From IMG/VR virus record IMGVR_UViG_3300032240_001872, positions 1-64,000 of that record: 64,000 nt of DNA; one strand, written 5' to 3'. The notes under the pieces were generated by a model. The model ran no database searches and was not told the origin of the DNA. It saw nothing but the letters and a program-made list of their open reading frames with translations. This DNA is from a virus. Position 1 is the first letter of the stretch. Every line of letters begins with the position of its first letter. The position numbers and the translations under genes are program-made. Of the stretch, positions 10,286 through 18,756 are shown piece after piece.

Positions 10286-10301
10286 GGGGCTACTTTCTCC
10301 T

Positions 10302-10910
10302 TTATAAAATAATCTTCGTAGGTACAATAAGATCAATATTGATTACTGATCTTGTATCATGATCGATTGGATTTGAACTGGCGTGAAAATACTTACCAGG
10401 AAAACATATCGCACGACCTTTCTTGGGTGAAATGCGCTGTTTTTCGGTCAAACTTGTGAAATCTGAACCGTAAATCTCATTGAAAATGATAGTATCTCCG
10501 TCTGACTCATTTATATAGTATAGCACTACGATGTGGCTGAATCCAGCATCAACATGGGCTGGATTATATTTTCCAGGCTGGAAGCGACGATTGTTTGTCA
10601 GCATGTTGGCTTTGATTCTATGCAGTTCCGGGGACTTGATAGAAAATTTATCTATGGCTGTGTATATCAACGGCCTAATAAAATCAAAGTGTTTGTCAGC
10701 GGTTTGGACTTGGCTGTGGTAAAATAGATGTGTGTATTGATATGAATCAATCGTGTTACTATCTACGAATAATTCGGGTTTGGCGGTTTCAACGGTATAG
10801 ATATTTGATGGACCAAAATGCCAGTCAAAGGAATAGTCAATAGACATTTCTTCTATGGCATTTTGATATGTTGGCGATACTAGATCGTCAATTACTACAA
10901 TGTCTGTCAA
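10302..10910 (-). CDS. Fe(II)/2-oxoglutarate oxygenase, phage type
   Basis: PAHVD...[11 protein letters not shown]...[17 protein letters not shown]...R (HxD...H...R). Confidence 0.8.
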   Translation of the reverse strand: MTDIVVIDDLVSPTYQNAIEEMSIDYSFDWHFGPSNIYTVETAKPELFVDSNTIDSYQYTHLFYHSQVQTADKHFDFIRPLIYTAIDKFSIKSPELHRIKANMLTNNRRFQPGKYNPAHVDAGFSHIVVLYYINESDGDTIIFNEIYGSDFTSLTEKQRISPKKGRAICFPGKYFHASSNPIDHDTRSVINIDLIVPTKIIL

Positions 10911-12202
10911 ATCTTTTCGCCTGCTGTAAAGCCACGGAAACGGAGGAATCGTGGAAAGCGCAAACTGTAGGTGCCATCTTGATTTTGGGTAATAGCATCA
11001 GCACGAACTTCAACTACTTGTCCGTCTACCTTGCATGACCAGAACTCATCGCGATCTTCGTCTGTGAAGCCAGATCCAACATTGACCTTGATCAATTTGC
11101 CGTCCTCTGTACCTTCACATACCAATGCACCCATCTTACCCACATTGCGTCCTGTGCCTTCTTCTGTTTCTTTAACCGTAAGGCTAACTTCGATGAAAGG
11201 CTTCTGCTTGAGCCAGCTGACACTACGTTTGCACTCATAGGGCGCATTAGGATCTTTGATCATGATGCCTTCAAAGCCCTTTTCAATTGCTTCCTTATTG
11301 AATTCTTTAAACTGCATCTCGCCCACATAGCCATCAAGGTCTACTTCTGTTTGTGAGATAATGTCAATATGACCGCATTTGTCAAATACTGTTTTAAATG
11401 TTTTCAACAATGAGCTACGACGGCGCTGGCCCATTACTGATTTGCCTTTTTGGAATTCACTGAGCGGAACAATGTCAAACAACATGAGACGAGCATCTTG
11501 TGCCTGTACGTCATCCTTGCGATGTACTTGTTTCATTAGATCTTGAAAGCTCTTGCTAACTACTTCTCCGTCGAGAACATAGCTTCTACCCAAGTCGTCG
11601 ATATTAGCCAAAAGGCTATCTGATATGTGGCTAAAGTTTTCCAACACTTTACCATTTCTTGTGTATTGTACAACGGTTCTAGCTTCAAAGTTGACAACGG
11701 TGATACATCGTACTCCGTCCAACTTTGGTTCGAGCAGTTTAACACCCGTAATTTTCTTCTCATGATTGGCTCCATCATGCGCCAGCATACATTCAAAAAC
11801 CGGAACTGGTTCAATGCTTGTACCTTTTACTGCTTTATTTACAGTCTTTTCGCTAACACCGCAACGCAGGTCTTTGATAAGAATACGACGGTACCAGTAG
11901 TTCCATTGGTCTTGGGTACTTGCACTTAGAGCAAGTTCAATAGCTGACTTTGCATCGTTGCCTGTGAGTTGGCGTGTATAGAGCAAGTGAGCAAGTTCTT
12001 TAAATGCATCATATGGCAGGCCTTGACCGTCCGGTCCCGAGTGTGTGGGAACTTTCTTAACACCAAAAGTGATGTAGTTGTTTAACGCAAGATGCACACC
12101 TGCGAAGAACTCAATGTTGCCTGCATGGGCTTCACGTTCAATGATGGCTTCTTTAGCCAGGCGGCTGTTGTCTGCTTCAAGTTCTTTAATGATATTATGC
12201 AT
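10907..12202 (-). CDS. ATP-dependent DNA ligase
   Basis: EPKLDGVR adenylation motif, VLDGE, FDI, EGIMIKD, WLKQKP, VGSGFTD, SLRFPRF. Confidence 0.95.
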   Translation of the reverse strand: MHNIIKELEADNSRLAKEAIIEREAHAGNIEFFAGVHLALNNYITFGVKKVPTHSGPDGQGLPYDAFKELAHLLYTRQLTGNDAKSAIELALSASTQDQWNYWYRRILIKDLRCGVSEKTVNKAVKGTSIEPVPVFECMLAHDGANHEKKITGVKLLEPKLDGVRCITVVNFEARTVVQYTRNGKVLENFSHISDSLLANIDDLGRSYVLDGEVVSKSFQDLMKQVHRKDDVQAQDARLMLFDIVPLSEFQKGKSVMGQRRRSSLLKTFKTVFDKCGHIDIISQTEVDLDGYVGEMQFKEFNKEAIEKGFEGIMIKDPNAPYECKRSVSWLKQKPFIEVSLTVKETEEGTGRNVGKMGALVCEGTEDGKLIKVNVGSGFTDEDRDEFWSCKVDGQVVEVRADAITQNQDGTYSLRFPRFLRFRGFTAGEKI

Positions 12203-12228
12203 GGTAACCTTTCTAAGTGTATGTGTAT

Positions 12229-12257
12229 ATTATAGCACTCTTTTACCAGTTTGTCAA
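12229..12257 (-). promoter_or_regulatory. Consensus sigma70 promoter (extended -10) for the ligase operon
   Basis: Minus strand TTGACA-aactggtaaaagagtgc (17 nt)-TATAAT, followed by an AAAGGT SD and ATG 12202. Confidence 0.85.
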
Positions 12258-12491
12258 GACCTGTATGCTCAAATCTGAGTCTAAACCGTTGGTTAAACGT
12301 ACTTTTCCACACACTTTGGTTGCATAAGTCATTGTAAATGTTGAACGAATAGCGCCTTTTTCGGTTAACCAATGTAGGAAAACCCTGCAATTTGGGCTAG
12401 GAACTAGGATAGCTTCTTCGCCAAAATCATAGTCCAAAACGGCTCTGCTACCCAATTGGATGTTCTTTGTTTGTAGTTGTTTGTACAGCAT
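12243..12491 (-). CDS. Hypothetical protein (82 aa)
   Basis: ATG at 12491 overlaps the upstream stop (TAATG). No recognisable motif. Confidence 0.55.
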   Translation of the reverse strand: MLYKQLQTKNIQLGSRAVLDYDFGEEAILVPSPNCRVFLHWLTEKGAIRSTFTMTYATKVCGKVRLTNGLDSDLSIQVLTNW

Positions 12492-13216
12492 TAGAGTAAA
12501 GGAATCCAGTGATTTTCCCATGCACGGTTGTCGATAAACTCGCCAGGGACAATATCAAACGCAATGGTAATGCGTGGACGGTTTTTGATTTTCCAAGGTA
12601 TGTTTCTGTGCAGGTCGTTACTGCTAAGGCCCATGATCAACATGTTGTTACGGCCAACAACATCGATAAGTTCATACTCGTCGTTATGCTCTAGCACTCC
12701 TTGATACTGATCTGCAACATCTCTACTCTGTTTGTAGTATTTTGGTTGTAGAGCATAGGTAGTTTTACTCACGTCAACGTCCAGGCAATAAAAGCCGTGC
12801 CATGCCTGCATGTGTTCAGGCCAGTGGTGATGCCACCCTATGCTTTCTGCACCTTCTTCGTAGACATTGATCCAGGCCTGCATGTAATGTATTTTGTTGG
12901 TTGTTCTTGTACTTTGCCAGAATGTGCTGATCTCTTTAAACAGTTCCCACAATGGCTGTGCAGAAAACATAAAGATATTGTATTTTTCAAATGTCTTGGT
13001 TGTGCCCTTGAATCCGTTAGTTTCTACAGAATCTTCTGGATAGCGCATCTTAACAGTATTTGCGGCCATAAGCGTACTGGCCATTAGATTTTCAAGATTA
13101 AGATCCAGTTGCTTTATCTTAAAATAGCCTGCTGTCCACTCATTCCGGGCTGAAGCTGGAGCCGCATCCGCAGGTTGTCTGGGCGTTGGGGTTTTTAATA
13201 TTAAATTGTGATCCAT
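12491..13216 (-). CDS. Putative Fe(II)/2OG oxygenase-like protein, start uncertain
   Basis: AWINVY...GWHHHW...WHGFYC...DLHRN...RITIAFD. The first ~25 aa overlap erpA out of frame. Confidence 0.65.
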   Translation of the reverse strand: MDHNLILKTPTPRQPADAAPASARNEWTAGYFKIKQLDLNLENLMASTLMAANTVKMRYPEDSVETNGFKGTTKTFEKYNIFMFSAQPLWELFKEISTFWQSTRTTNKIHYMQAWINVYEEGAESIGWHHHWPEHMQAWHGFYCLDVDVSKTTYALQPKYYKQSRDVADQYQGVLEHNDEYELIDVVGRNNMLIMGLSSNDLHRNIPWKIKNRPRITIAFDIVPGEFIDNRAWENHWIPLL

Positions 13217-13448
13217 TTATATCTTCTTTGTAGTCTATTTCAGCGCCGGTGAGATACTGCATGCTCATGGCATCTACTATGACATTTTCAATAACAAAAT
13301 CATCTTCATTCTGCTCGTTGTCAATAGTAAACCCATACTGCATACCACTGCATCCGCCACCTTGCACAAATACACGGACATATTTGCTTCCATCTTCTAA
13401 CAAGATGTCTGCAAGTTTAATCTTAGCGTTTTCTGAAATAGTAATCAT
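13140..13448 (-). CDS. erpA: A-type Fe-S carrier, ErpA-like
   Basis: [17 protein letters not shown]...[16 protein letters not shown]...[14 protein letters not shown]. Confidence 0.9.
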   Translation of the reverse strand: MITISENAKIKLADILLEDGSKYVRVFVQGGGCSGMQYGFTIDNEQNEDDFVIENVIVDAMSMQYLTGAEIDYKEDINGSQFNIKNPNAQTTCGCGSSFSPE

Positions 13449-14701
13449 ATTATAATTCTTCCACCAGTATTTAAGTTGGCGTCGATAGCCTCGATAGTTT
13501 TCTTGTTCTTTTCAGCATCGGTAAAGTAATTATAACCAAACTTTTTATCAATTAGGTTTAGATGATAGCCACTAAACACCCAGCCTTCTGCATAGTGCGG
13601 GAGTCCCATTTGATTCCTGTTGTAGCAGTCAATTAGAGCTCTTCTAAAGTTCTTGCTTTTCATTAGGTGCTCAGTAGTACGCTCTTTGGCCATGGACCAA
13701 AACGGAGTATCAAATGTGCTTCCGCCGTGATAGAAGAAACATATCATATCTTCTAGCTGTTGTGCGTAGTCTACAAATCGCTCGTTCAATTCTGCTTGTG
13801 TTATGTTGCCTTTGAGATGTTCTATGAATATGTAATTGGTGTAGACATAAAAATAGATACTGCTGGCGCTGATAGGCTCAAAGAAAATAGCACGATTACC
13901 ATTCTTAAGTATGCCGCCTTCGTAGACTTTCTTAGCATAGTAGCTTTTGAATTCGTATTCTATTTGACCTTCAAGACGGCCAACATTGTCAACATCTACG
14001 TTGAATATACGACAAATGTCTTCATAGGCTTGCTCCACAGGCGTAACTGTGTCATTGAATAGGTAGCCGTAAGTTCTGCGATGCTTCAAAGGAATGCCAA
14101 ACATCCATCCATTTGCAGTAGCACGATGTTCTGTGTATTGCCAGTCACCGGGTTTATATTCTGTATGAATGATACCGTGATTCAACGGAAGGCTGGTTAC
14201 AATATGATATCCAGAGTAGTCCTCGGGAAATCCACGGGTATCTACAACATGATCAAAATGATGGGCAACGCCGTTTACAATAACATCTACTCCGTTACCT
14301 GTGCTGACAATATCGTCTACTAGGCCTTCCACGGTTTTAAACTTTAAAGGAAAGCGTTCTGCAAGACGGGGAAATACAAAGTCTTTTAGTTTAAAATTGT
14401 TGATGTGTATCGCGACGCCGCCGTCAAGCAAGGGATTGAACCAATCGTCTGATCTCCAGTCTATAAACTTATTGCCAAACTTTAGAGTGCTGTCCATAGC
14501 ATCTAGGTCGTCCATGAAGCTGAACCCACAGGCTTGTTCTAAGACTGTGATCAATCCGCTGTTAGTGCTTTCACCGATGCCTAGTATCTTTGTGTTGGGG
14601 TCGTATATGTTAGTAATTTCAAATCCGTTAGGCACATTGGCACATAACTGTGCGGCCGAGATCACTCCAGCTGATCCTGCCCCTATTACCGCTATTTTCA
14701 T
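13445..14701 (-). CDS. Flavin-dependent tryptophan-halogenase-like protein
   Basis: IGAGSAG FAD motif, GIGEST, STLKFG (candidate catalytic Lys), GWMFGIP (WxWxIP variant), [12 protein letters not shown]. Confidence 0.8.
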   Translation of the reverse strand: MKIAVIGAGSAGVISAAQLCANVPNGFEITNIYDPNTKILGIGESTNSGLITVLEQACGFSFMDDLDAMDSTLKFGNKFIDWRSDDWFNPLLDGGVAIHINNFKLKDFVFPRLAERFPLKFKTVEGLVDDIVSTGNGVDVIVNGVAHHFDHVVDTRGFPEDYSGYHIVTSLPLNHGIIHTEYKPGDWQYTEHRATANGWMFGIPLKHRRTYGYLFNDTVTPVEQAYEDICRIFNVDVDNVGRLEGQIEYEFKSYYAKKVYEGGILKNGNRAIFFEPISASSIYFYVYTNYIFIEHLKGNITQAELNERFVDYAQQLEDMICFFYHGGSTFDTPFWSMAKERTTEHLMKSKNFRRALIDCYNRNQMGLPHYAEGWVFSGYHLNLIDKKFGYNYFTDAEKNKKTIEAIDANLNTGGRIII

Positions 14702-15078
14702 TTATGTTTTTCTTTATAGTCTGCTATCGCGGCTTTGATAGCATCTTCTGCTAGGATTGAACAATGTATCTTCACCGGAGGCAACGCTAATTCTTCGGCG
14801 ATTTGGGAGTTTTTAAGGTTAGAAGCATCATCAATATGCATACCCTTAACCCACTCTGTAACCAACGACGAACTGGCGATTGCTGAACCGCATCCATATG
14901 TCTTGAAACGAGCATCTCTAATAATACCATCTTCGTCTACCTTTATTTGTAGTTTCATTACATCACCGCAGGCAGGCGCACCAACCATACCTGTACCTAC
15001 ATCAGTGTCTTCTTTTGGAAAACTTCCAACATTACGAGGATTTTCATAATGATCTATTACTTTGTCACTGTAAGCCAT
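14698..15078 (-). CDS. iscU: Fe-S cluster scaffold IscU
   Basis: MAYSDKVIDHYENPRNVGSF...GAPACGDVMKLQIKV...FKTYGCGSAIASSS...LPPVKIHCSILAEDA. Confidence 0.97.
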   Translation of the reverse strand: MAYSDKVIDHYENPRNVGSFPKEDTDVGTGMVGAPACGDVMKLQIKVDEDGIIRDARFKTYGCGSAIASSSLVTEWVKGMHIDDASNLKNSQIAEELALPPVKIHCSILAEDAIKAAIADYKEKHK

Positions 15079-15839
15079 TCGCCAACTCCTTCAAATAATT
15101 CGCCCGCCGAGATAATTTCTTTATCCCCAAATTTAGAGATCATCTTATCGTATACATACTGATTAGATTTTATCATTTTCTGTTTCAGTTCACAGCCCGA
15201 TAGCATCACATGTTTAGATATAGGCTTAGAACTATCAGTGCATCTTATACTTATCGCTATCCGATTGGTTAGATTATCCTGTGTTCTATGAATTACTCCA
15301 CCCCTAAGTAATAATAGATCCCCAACATGTAATTGAGGAGTTTCTTTGATATCCTCAATATTTACAGAAACTTTAAATACGTCTCCGGTAGTATCATTAT
15401 AAACTGTTGTACCTGTTTCATCGGGCTCGTATCTCGATGCGCCTATCTCAGATAAATCTAACTTGTCTAATGGAACAACACAAAGTCCAGACAAGTTAGG
15501 ATCTGCCTTAACTAATGGAATATACATGTTGATATAATTACGTGTTTGTTGCAACATGTAATAGGGTTCATGATCTTGATGCCAAGGCCAGTTAATAATT
15601 TCTGTGTTTACAAAAAACCCATTAATCCAAAGATCAATACCTTCAATATCTTTTACCACCGCCTCTATTTTAGATTTAATTTTTTTAATCAATGTTAGTG
15701 TACAAGGTGGTAATTCATAGTTTTTATTGGCGGTAGGACTGCTTTTTTTATACTCTTTTATTGCTAACTGTACCTCTTCGTCAGATAAAAAATTTGGAAT
15801 GACTTCAAACCCCTGTGTTCTAAATTGATCAGAGATCAT
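15057..15839 (-). CDS. Phytanoyl-CoA dioxygenase-family Fe/2OG oxygenase
   Basis: FRTQGFEVIPNFLS, WPWHQD, GDLLLL...IHRT...R. The likely ATG is 15839, overlapping the upstream gene end. Confidence 0.8.
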   Translation of the reverse strand: MISDQFRTQGFEVIPNFLSDEEVQLAIKEYKKSSPTANKNYELPPCTLTLIKKIKSKIEAVVKDIEGIDLWINGFFVNTEIINWPWHQDHEPYYMLQQTRNYINMYIPLVKADPNLSGLCVVPLDKLDLSEIGASRYEPDETGTTVYNDTTGDVFKVSVNIEDIKETPQLHVGDLLLLRGGVIHRTQDNLTNRIAISIRCTDSSKPISKHVMLSGCELKQKMIKSNQYVYDKMISKFGDKEIISAGELFEGVGEWLTVTK

Positions 15840-16551
15840 ACCGCCATCCTCTAACAAAAGGAGGAGTATTTGCTTCAAGCTCCGGATCATAGGGATCCCC
15901 CGGAACAGCACCAATTGCCCTTGCATCTAAATCAAACAAAAATACCAGTCTCCATTCTGAACTATAGTTATGGGCACTATGCTGTAGTTGGTTGTTAAAC
16001 GCAAACAAATCAGTCCATTCAACTTCATTTCCGTAGACTTCTAAAAAGATATCGCCTTTGGGAATTATTAACGGTATATGTACTCTAATAAATTTTCCAT
16101 CTCTGTTTTCTGGGCCAGTATGTCTTTGTAAAATTGTATAAGGCCCAATTAAACTATAATTCATTATAGGGCATATATCGTTGTATTTTTTTAACATGTT
16201 TGTAGCTGTTGGAAATTTTTTGTAATCTTCCTCGCTATGGGCATACATTCTATTTCCGTATCCGTCGTCAAATCTAAACTGTTTAACCATCCAACCTTTT
16301 GGATTGGGGCTCCACTTTTTAGTCGTAGGATCTCTTGATACTAGATACTTGTTTTTTGATGTTTCATAATCATTGCTTACACCAGTATACTCTTCTTCCA
16401 TTACAGGTTGACAATGTACATCGCGAGCATCTTCTAGGCTGGCAAATCCTGCCATGAAATCGTCAAGCAACCCCTGTTGATTGGCCATAATTTCGTCTGC
16501 GATTGGGATTTCACTTCTGGTATAAAGTGCTTTAGGAACGTGTTTTGACAT
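15829..16551 (-). CDS. Aspartyl/asparaginyl beta-hydroxylase-family oxygenase
   Basis: RHTGP...IRVHIPLIIP...FNNQLQHSAHN...RLVFLFD. Confidence 0.8.
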   Translation of the reverse strand: MSKHVPKALYTRSEIPIADEIMANQQGLLDDFMAGFASLEDARDVHCQPVMEEEYTGVSNDYETSKNKYLVSRDPTTKKWSPNPKGWMVKQFRFDDGYGNRMYAHSEEDYKKFPTATNMLKKYNDICPIMNYSLIGPYTILQRHTGPENRDGKFIRVHIPLIIPKGDIFLEVYGNEVEWTDLFAFNNQLQHSAHNYSSEWRLVFLFDLDARAIGAVPGDPYDPELEANTPPFVRGWRYDL

Positions 16552-16576
16552 TTTTTTCGCTTGCCTCTTATTCTAC

Positions 16577-16597
16577 TAAATATGTTATAGGTATTTA
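16577..16597. promoter_or_regulatory. Face-to-face TAAATA boxes at a divergent junction
   Basis: TAAATA on + at 16577-16582 and on - at 16597-16592. Confidence 0.5.
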
Positions 16598-16609
16598 TTG
16601 TAGCATATA

Positions 16610-16936
16610 ATGATCATTTTAACATCTGACGCAGTCAAAAAAGTATCACAAAACCTGGCCAAACGTGGTAAGGGGGTTGGTATTAGGATAGGTGTTAAAA
16701 CCACCGGATGCAGTGGATTGGCTTATGTACTGGAATACGTAGACGAATACAGATCTGAAGTAGGAGTCACAAATTATGCATACCAAGATTTTGTAGTGTT
16801 GGTTAGTGCAAAGGATGAACCTTACTTAAAAGGATTAACAATGGATTGGGTACGCAACGGACTAAATGAAGGATTTGAATTTAATAATCCAAATGAAAGG
16901 GATCGTTGCGGATGCGGAGAAAGTTTTAGGGTTTAA
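16610..16936 (+). CDS. iscA: A-type Fe-S carrier IscA
   Basis: KRGKGVGIRIGVKTTGCSGLAYVLEYVD...GLNEGFEFNNPNERDRCGCGESF. Confidence 0.95.
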   Translation: MIILTSDAVKKVSQNLAKRGKGVGIRIGVKTTGCSGLAYVLEYVDEYRSEVGVTNYAYQDFVVLVSAKDEPYLKGLTMDWVRNGLNEGFEFNNPNERDRCGCGESFRV

Positions 16937-16942
16937 AAATAT

Positions 16943-17854
16943 ATGGCAACCAGCAAAGTAGTAGCACTTAGTTACAACAATATTCAATCAAAGATAGGGG
17001 CAATATTAGGGCCACCTAGTCCGTCTGTATTGGATCTTGGTTATAATCTTACTGTAAGTAGCGTACAAGTTCAGCCTGGTAAAAGAGTCTACGGCCAAGA
17101 TGCCAACTTGATGATCGGCGACTTAAACACTATTTTTACTCATCAAACCACATTAGATTCTGGTCTAACTACATTTAGTCAAGGTCAACTAATCAAAACA
17201 GGAGACCTTACACCGCTATCTTCAAAAACAGATACTGCATACGCCAATCGTAACACAGTTGGTCTTGCAAATTTATCTCAAATAAATTCAGATTCATACA
17301 GCGACGGAACTACATGGTCGGCGTATAGGATACACACCGTAACACTAGATTGGGGCAGTAATGCTGAATTCCGTGGTTGGGGTAATTTAGGTGGTTTCAT
17401 AACTATTGGTGCAGGTTTCCAAGGAGGCAGCGGCACACTTCAAACAAATTCTTGGAGCCAGCTGTTGCAATCTACGGGAGTGGTGGTTCTTGGAAATGTA
17501 GCGGCAACACAAGAAAATCAAACACGTAACGGCAGTTTTCCAAATGGCGGGCTATATAATATCTTGCAAAACGGCCAACAAGGTGCTAATGCAGGTACCG
17601 CTTTTAAAATCTTAGCCACAGACGCAAACTATACAGGTAACTTGTATAAAATAACAATAACACCATACGGTGGTGCTGATGCATTTAACTGCAAGGGATT
17701 TACAATAACAGCAACAATGACAGATCCTCATACTTCTCCACCTAAGGCAAAAAATTCAGATTTCATTGATGCAGATTTTACATGGACCGTTAACACCTAT
17801 TATGCGTTTAACAAATCCCCCACTGCATCTAACGTTACTAACAGTATATCGTAA
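16943..17854 (+). CDS. Putative virion structural protein (copy 1 of a repeated ~290-aa domain)
   Basis: T/S/G/N-rich. YNNIQSKIGAILG, FRGWGNLGG and DANYTGN are shared with the next gene and the C-terminus of 18757-23115. Confidence 0.65.
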   Translation: MATSKVVALSYNNIQSKIGAILGPPSPSVLDLGYNLTVSSVQVQPGKRVYGQDANLMIGDLNTIFTHQTTLDSGLTTFSQGQLIKTGDLTPLSSKTDTAYANRNTVGLANLSQINSDSYSDGTTWSAYRIHTVTLDWGSNAEFRGWGNLGGFITIGAGFQGGSGTLQTNSWSQLLQSTGVVVLGNVAATQENQTRNGSFPNGGLYNILQNGQQGANAGTAFKILATDANYTGNLYKITITPYGGADAFNCKGFTITATMTDPHTSPPKAKNSDFIDADFTWTVNTYYAFNKSPTASNVTNSIS

Positions 17855-17863
17855 GGAAATAAT

Positions 17864-18748
17864 ATGGGAAAAATATACGCATCAGATTGGAATCCTATTC
17901 AATCTTCTATAGCTAATATTATGGGAGCTCCGAGCGGAACTGCTTACGGATGGAACAAAGCATCTAGTGTAACAAGTGCGCAGGTTAACAGCACACAGCA
18001 GATTAATCATACTCACTATAACGTTCTTAAAGACGATATTAATTTTTGTTATACACATATTACGGGATCAAATTCTTCATTACCTATTAGAAATGCAGGA
18101 ACACAAATAACCCAAGCTGATTTAACCAACGTCGCTGCCGCCCAATCTTACATTAGCACAAATAAAACCACGGCCGCCTCCTCACAACTGACTACATCTA
18201 ACATATTCAGTAACACCCAGGCATACACATGGACATCTTCATTGGGAGCCACGTATACATGGTCTTGGGCAAATGCTACCCAGTTTAACGCTTTTTGGAA
18301 TGCTGGTGGACAAATTTATTGGAACACATCTAGATATGCAGGTTCATCAACACCACAGAATCAAGGCTGGACGAATCTCTTGGCCAATTCGGGATTTATC
18401 TATATTACAGCAACAGCCTCGGGTCAAGTAGGTGCTACTTGGGCAGGAACTGTTTATAATACTAACGGTATAGGCGGCTTTTCAACCGTGCCGTCAATAT
18501 TTACAAAGGTATATGATCAGGATTTAAATTATACCAATAATTATTATCAAACTGAAGTATGGTTAGATGCCCAAGCTGGTAATGGAGCCACAACAATGAA
18601 TTTGAAGATATCTCTAATCGATACCCACGTGGGAACTGCTGGAGGCCCCGATGAAATTGATGGTAACGTTGCATTAACTATAACTCAAAAATATCCATAT
18701 ACATGGGCGGCTGGTGCGGCCACTTCCAGCAACGGCTTCTTGACCTAA
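17864..18748 (+). CDS. Putative virion structural protein (copy 2)
   Basis: WNPIQSSIANIMG, FNAFWNAGG, QNQGWTNLL, DLNYTNN. AAGGA SD. Confidence 0.65.
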   Translation: MGKIYASDWNPIQSSIANIMGAPSGTAYGWNKASSVTSAQVNSTQQINHTHYNVLKDDINFCYTHITGSNSSLPIRNAGTQITQADLTNVAAAQSYISTNKTTAASSQLTTSNIFSNTQAYTWTSSLGATYTWSWANATQFNAFWNAGGQIYWNTSRYAGSSTPQNQGWTNLLANSGFIYITATASGQVGATWAGTVYNTNGIGGFSTVPSIFTKVYDQDLNYTNNYYQTEVWLDAQAGNGATTMNLKISLIDTHVGTAGGPDEIDGNVALTITQKYPYTWAAGAATSSNGFLT

Positions 18749-18756
18749 GGAATAAC

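Noticed and set aside
15829-16551. HTG instead of HxD suggested an Fe/2OG halogenase
   Set aside because: HxGP with two His ligands is normal for the aspartyl/asparaginyl beta-hydroxylase family.
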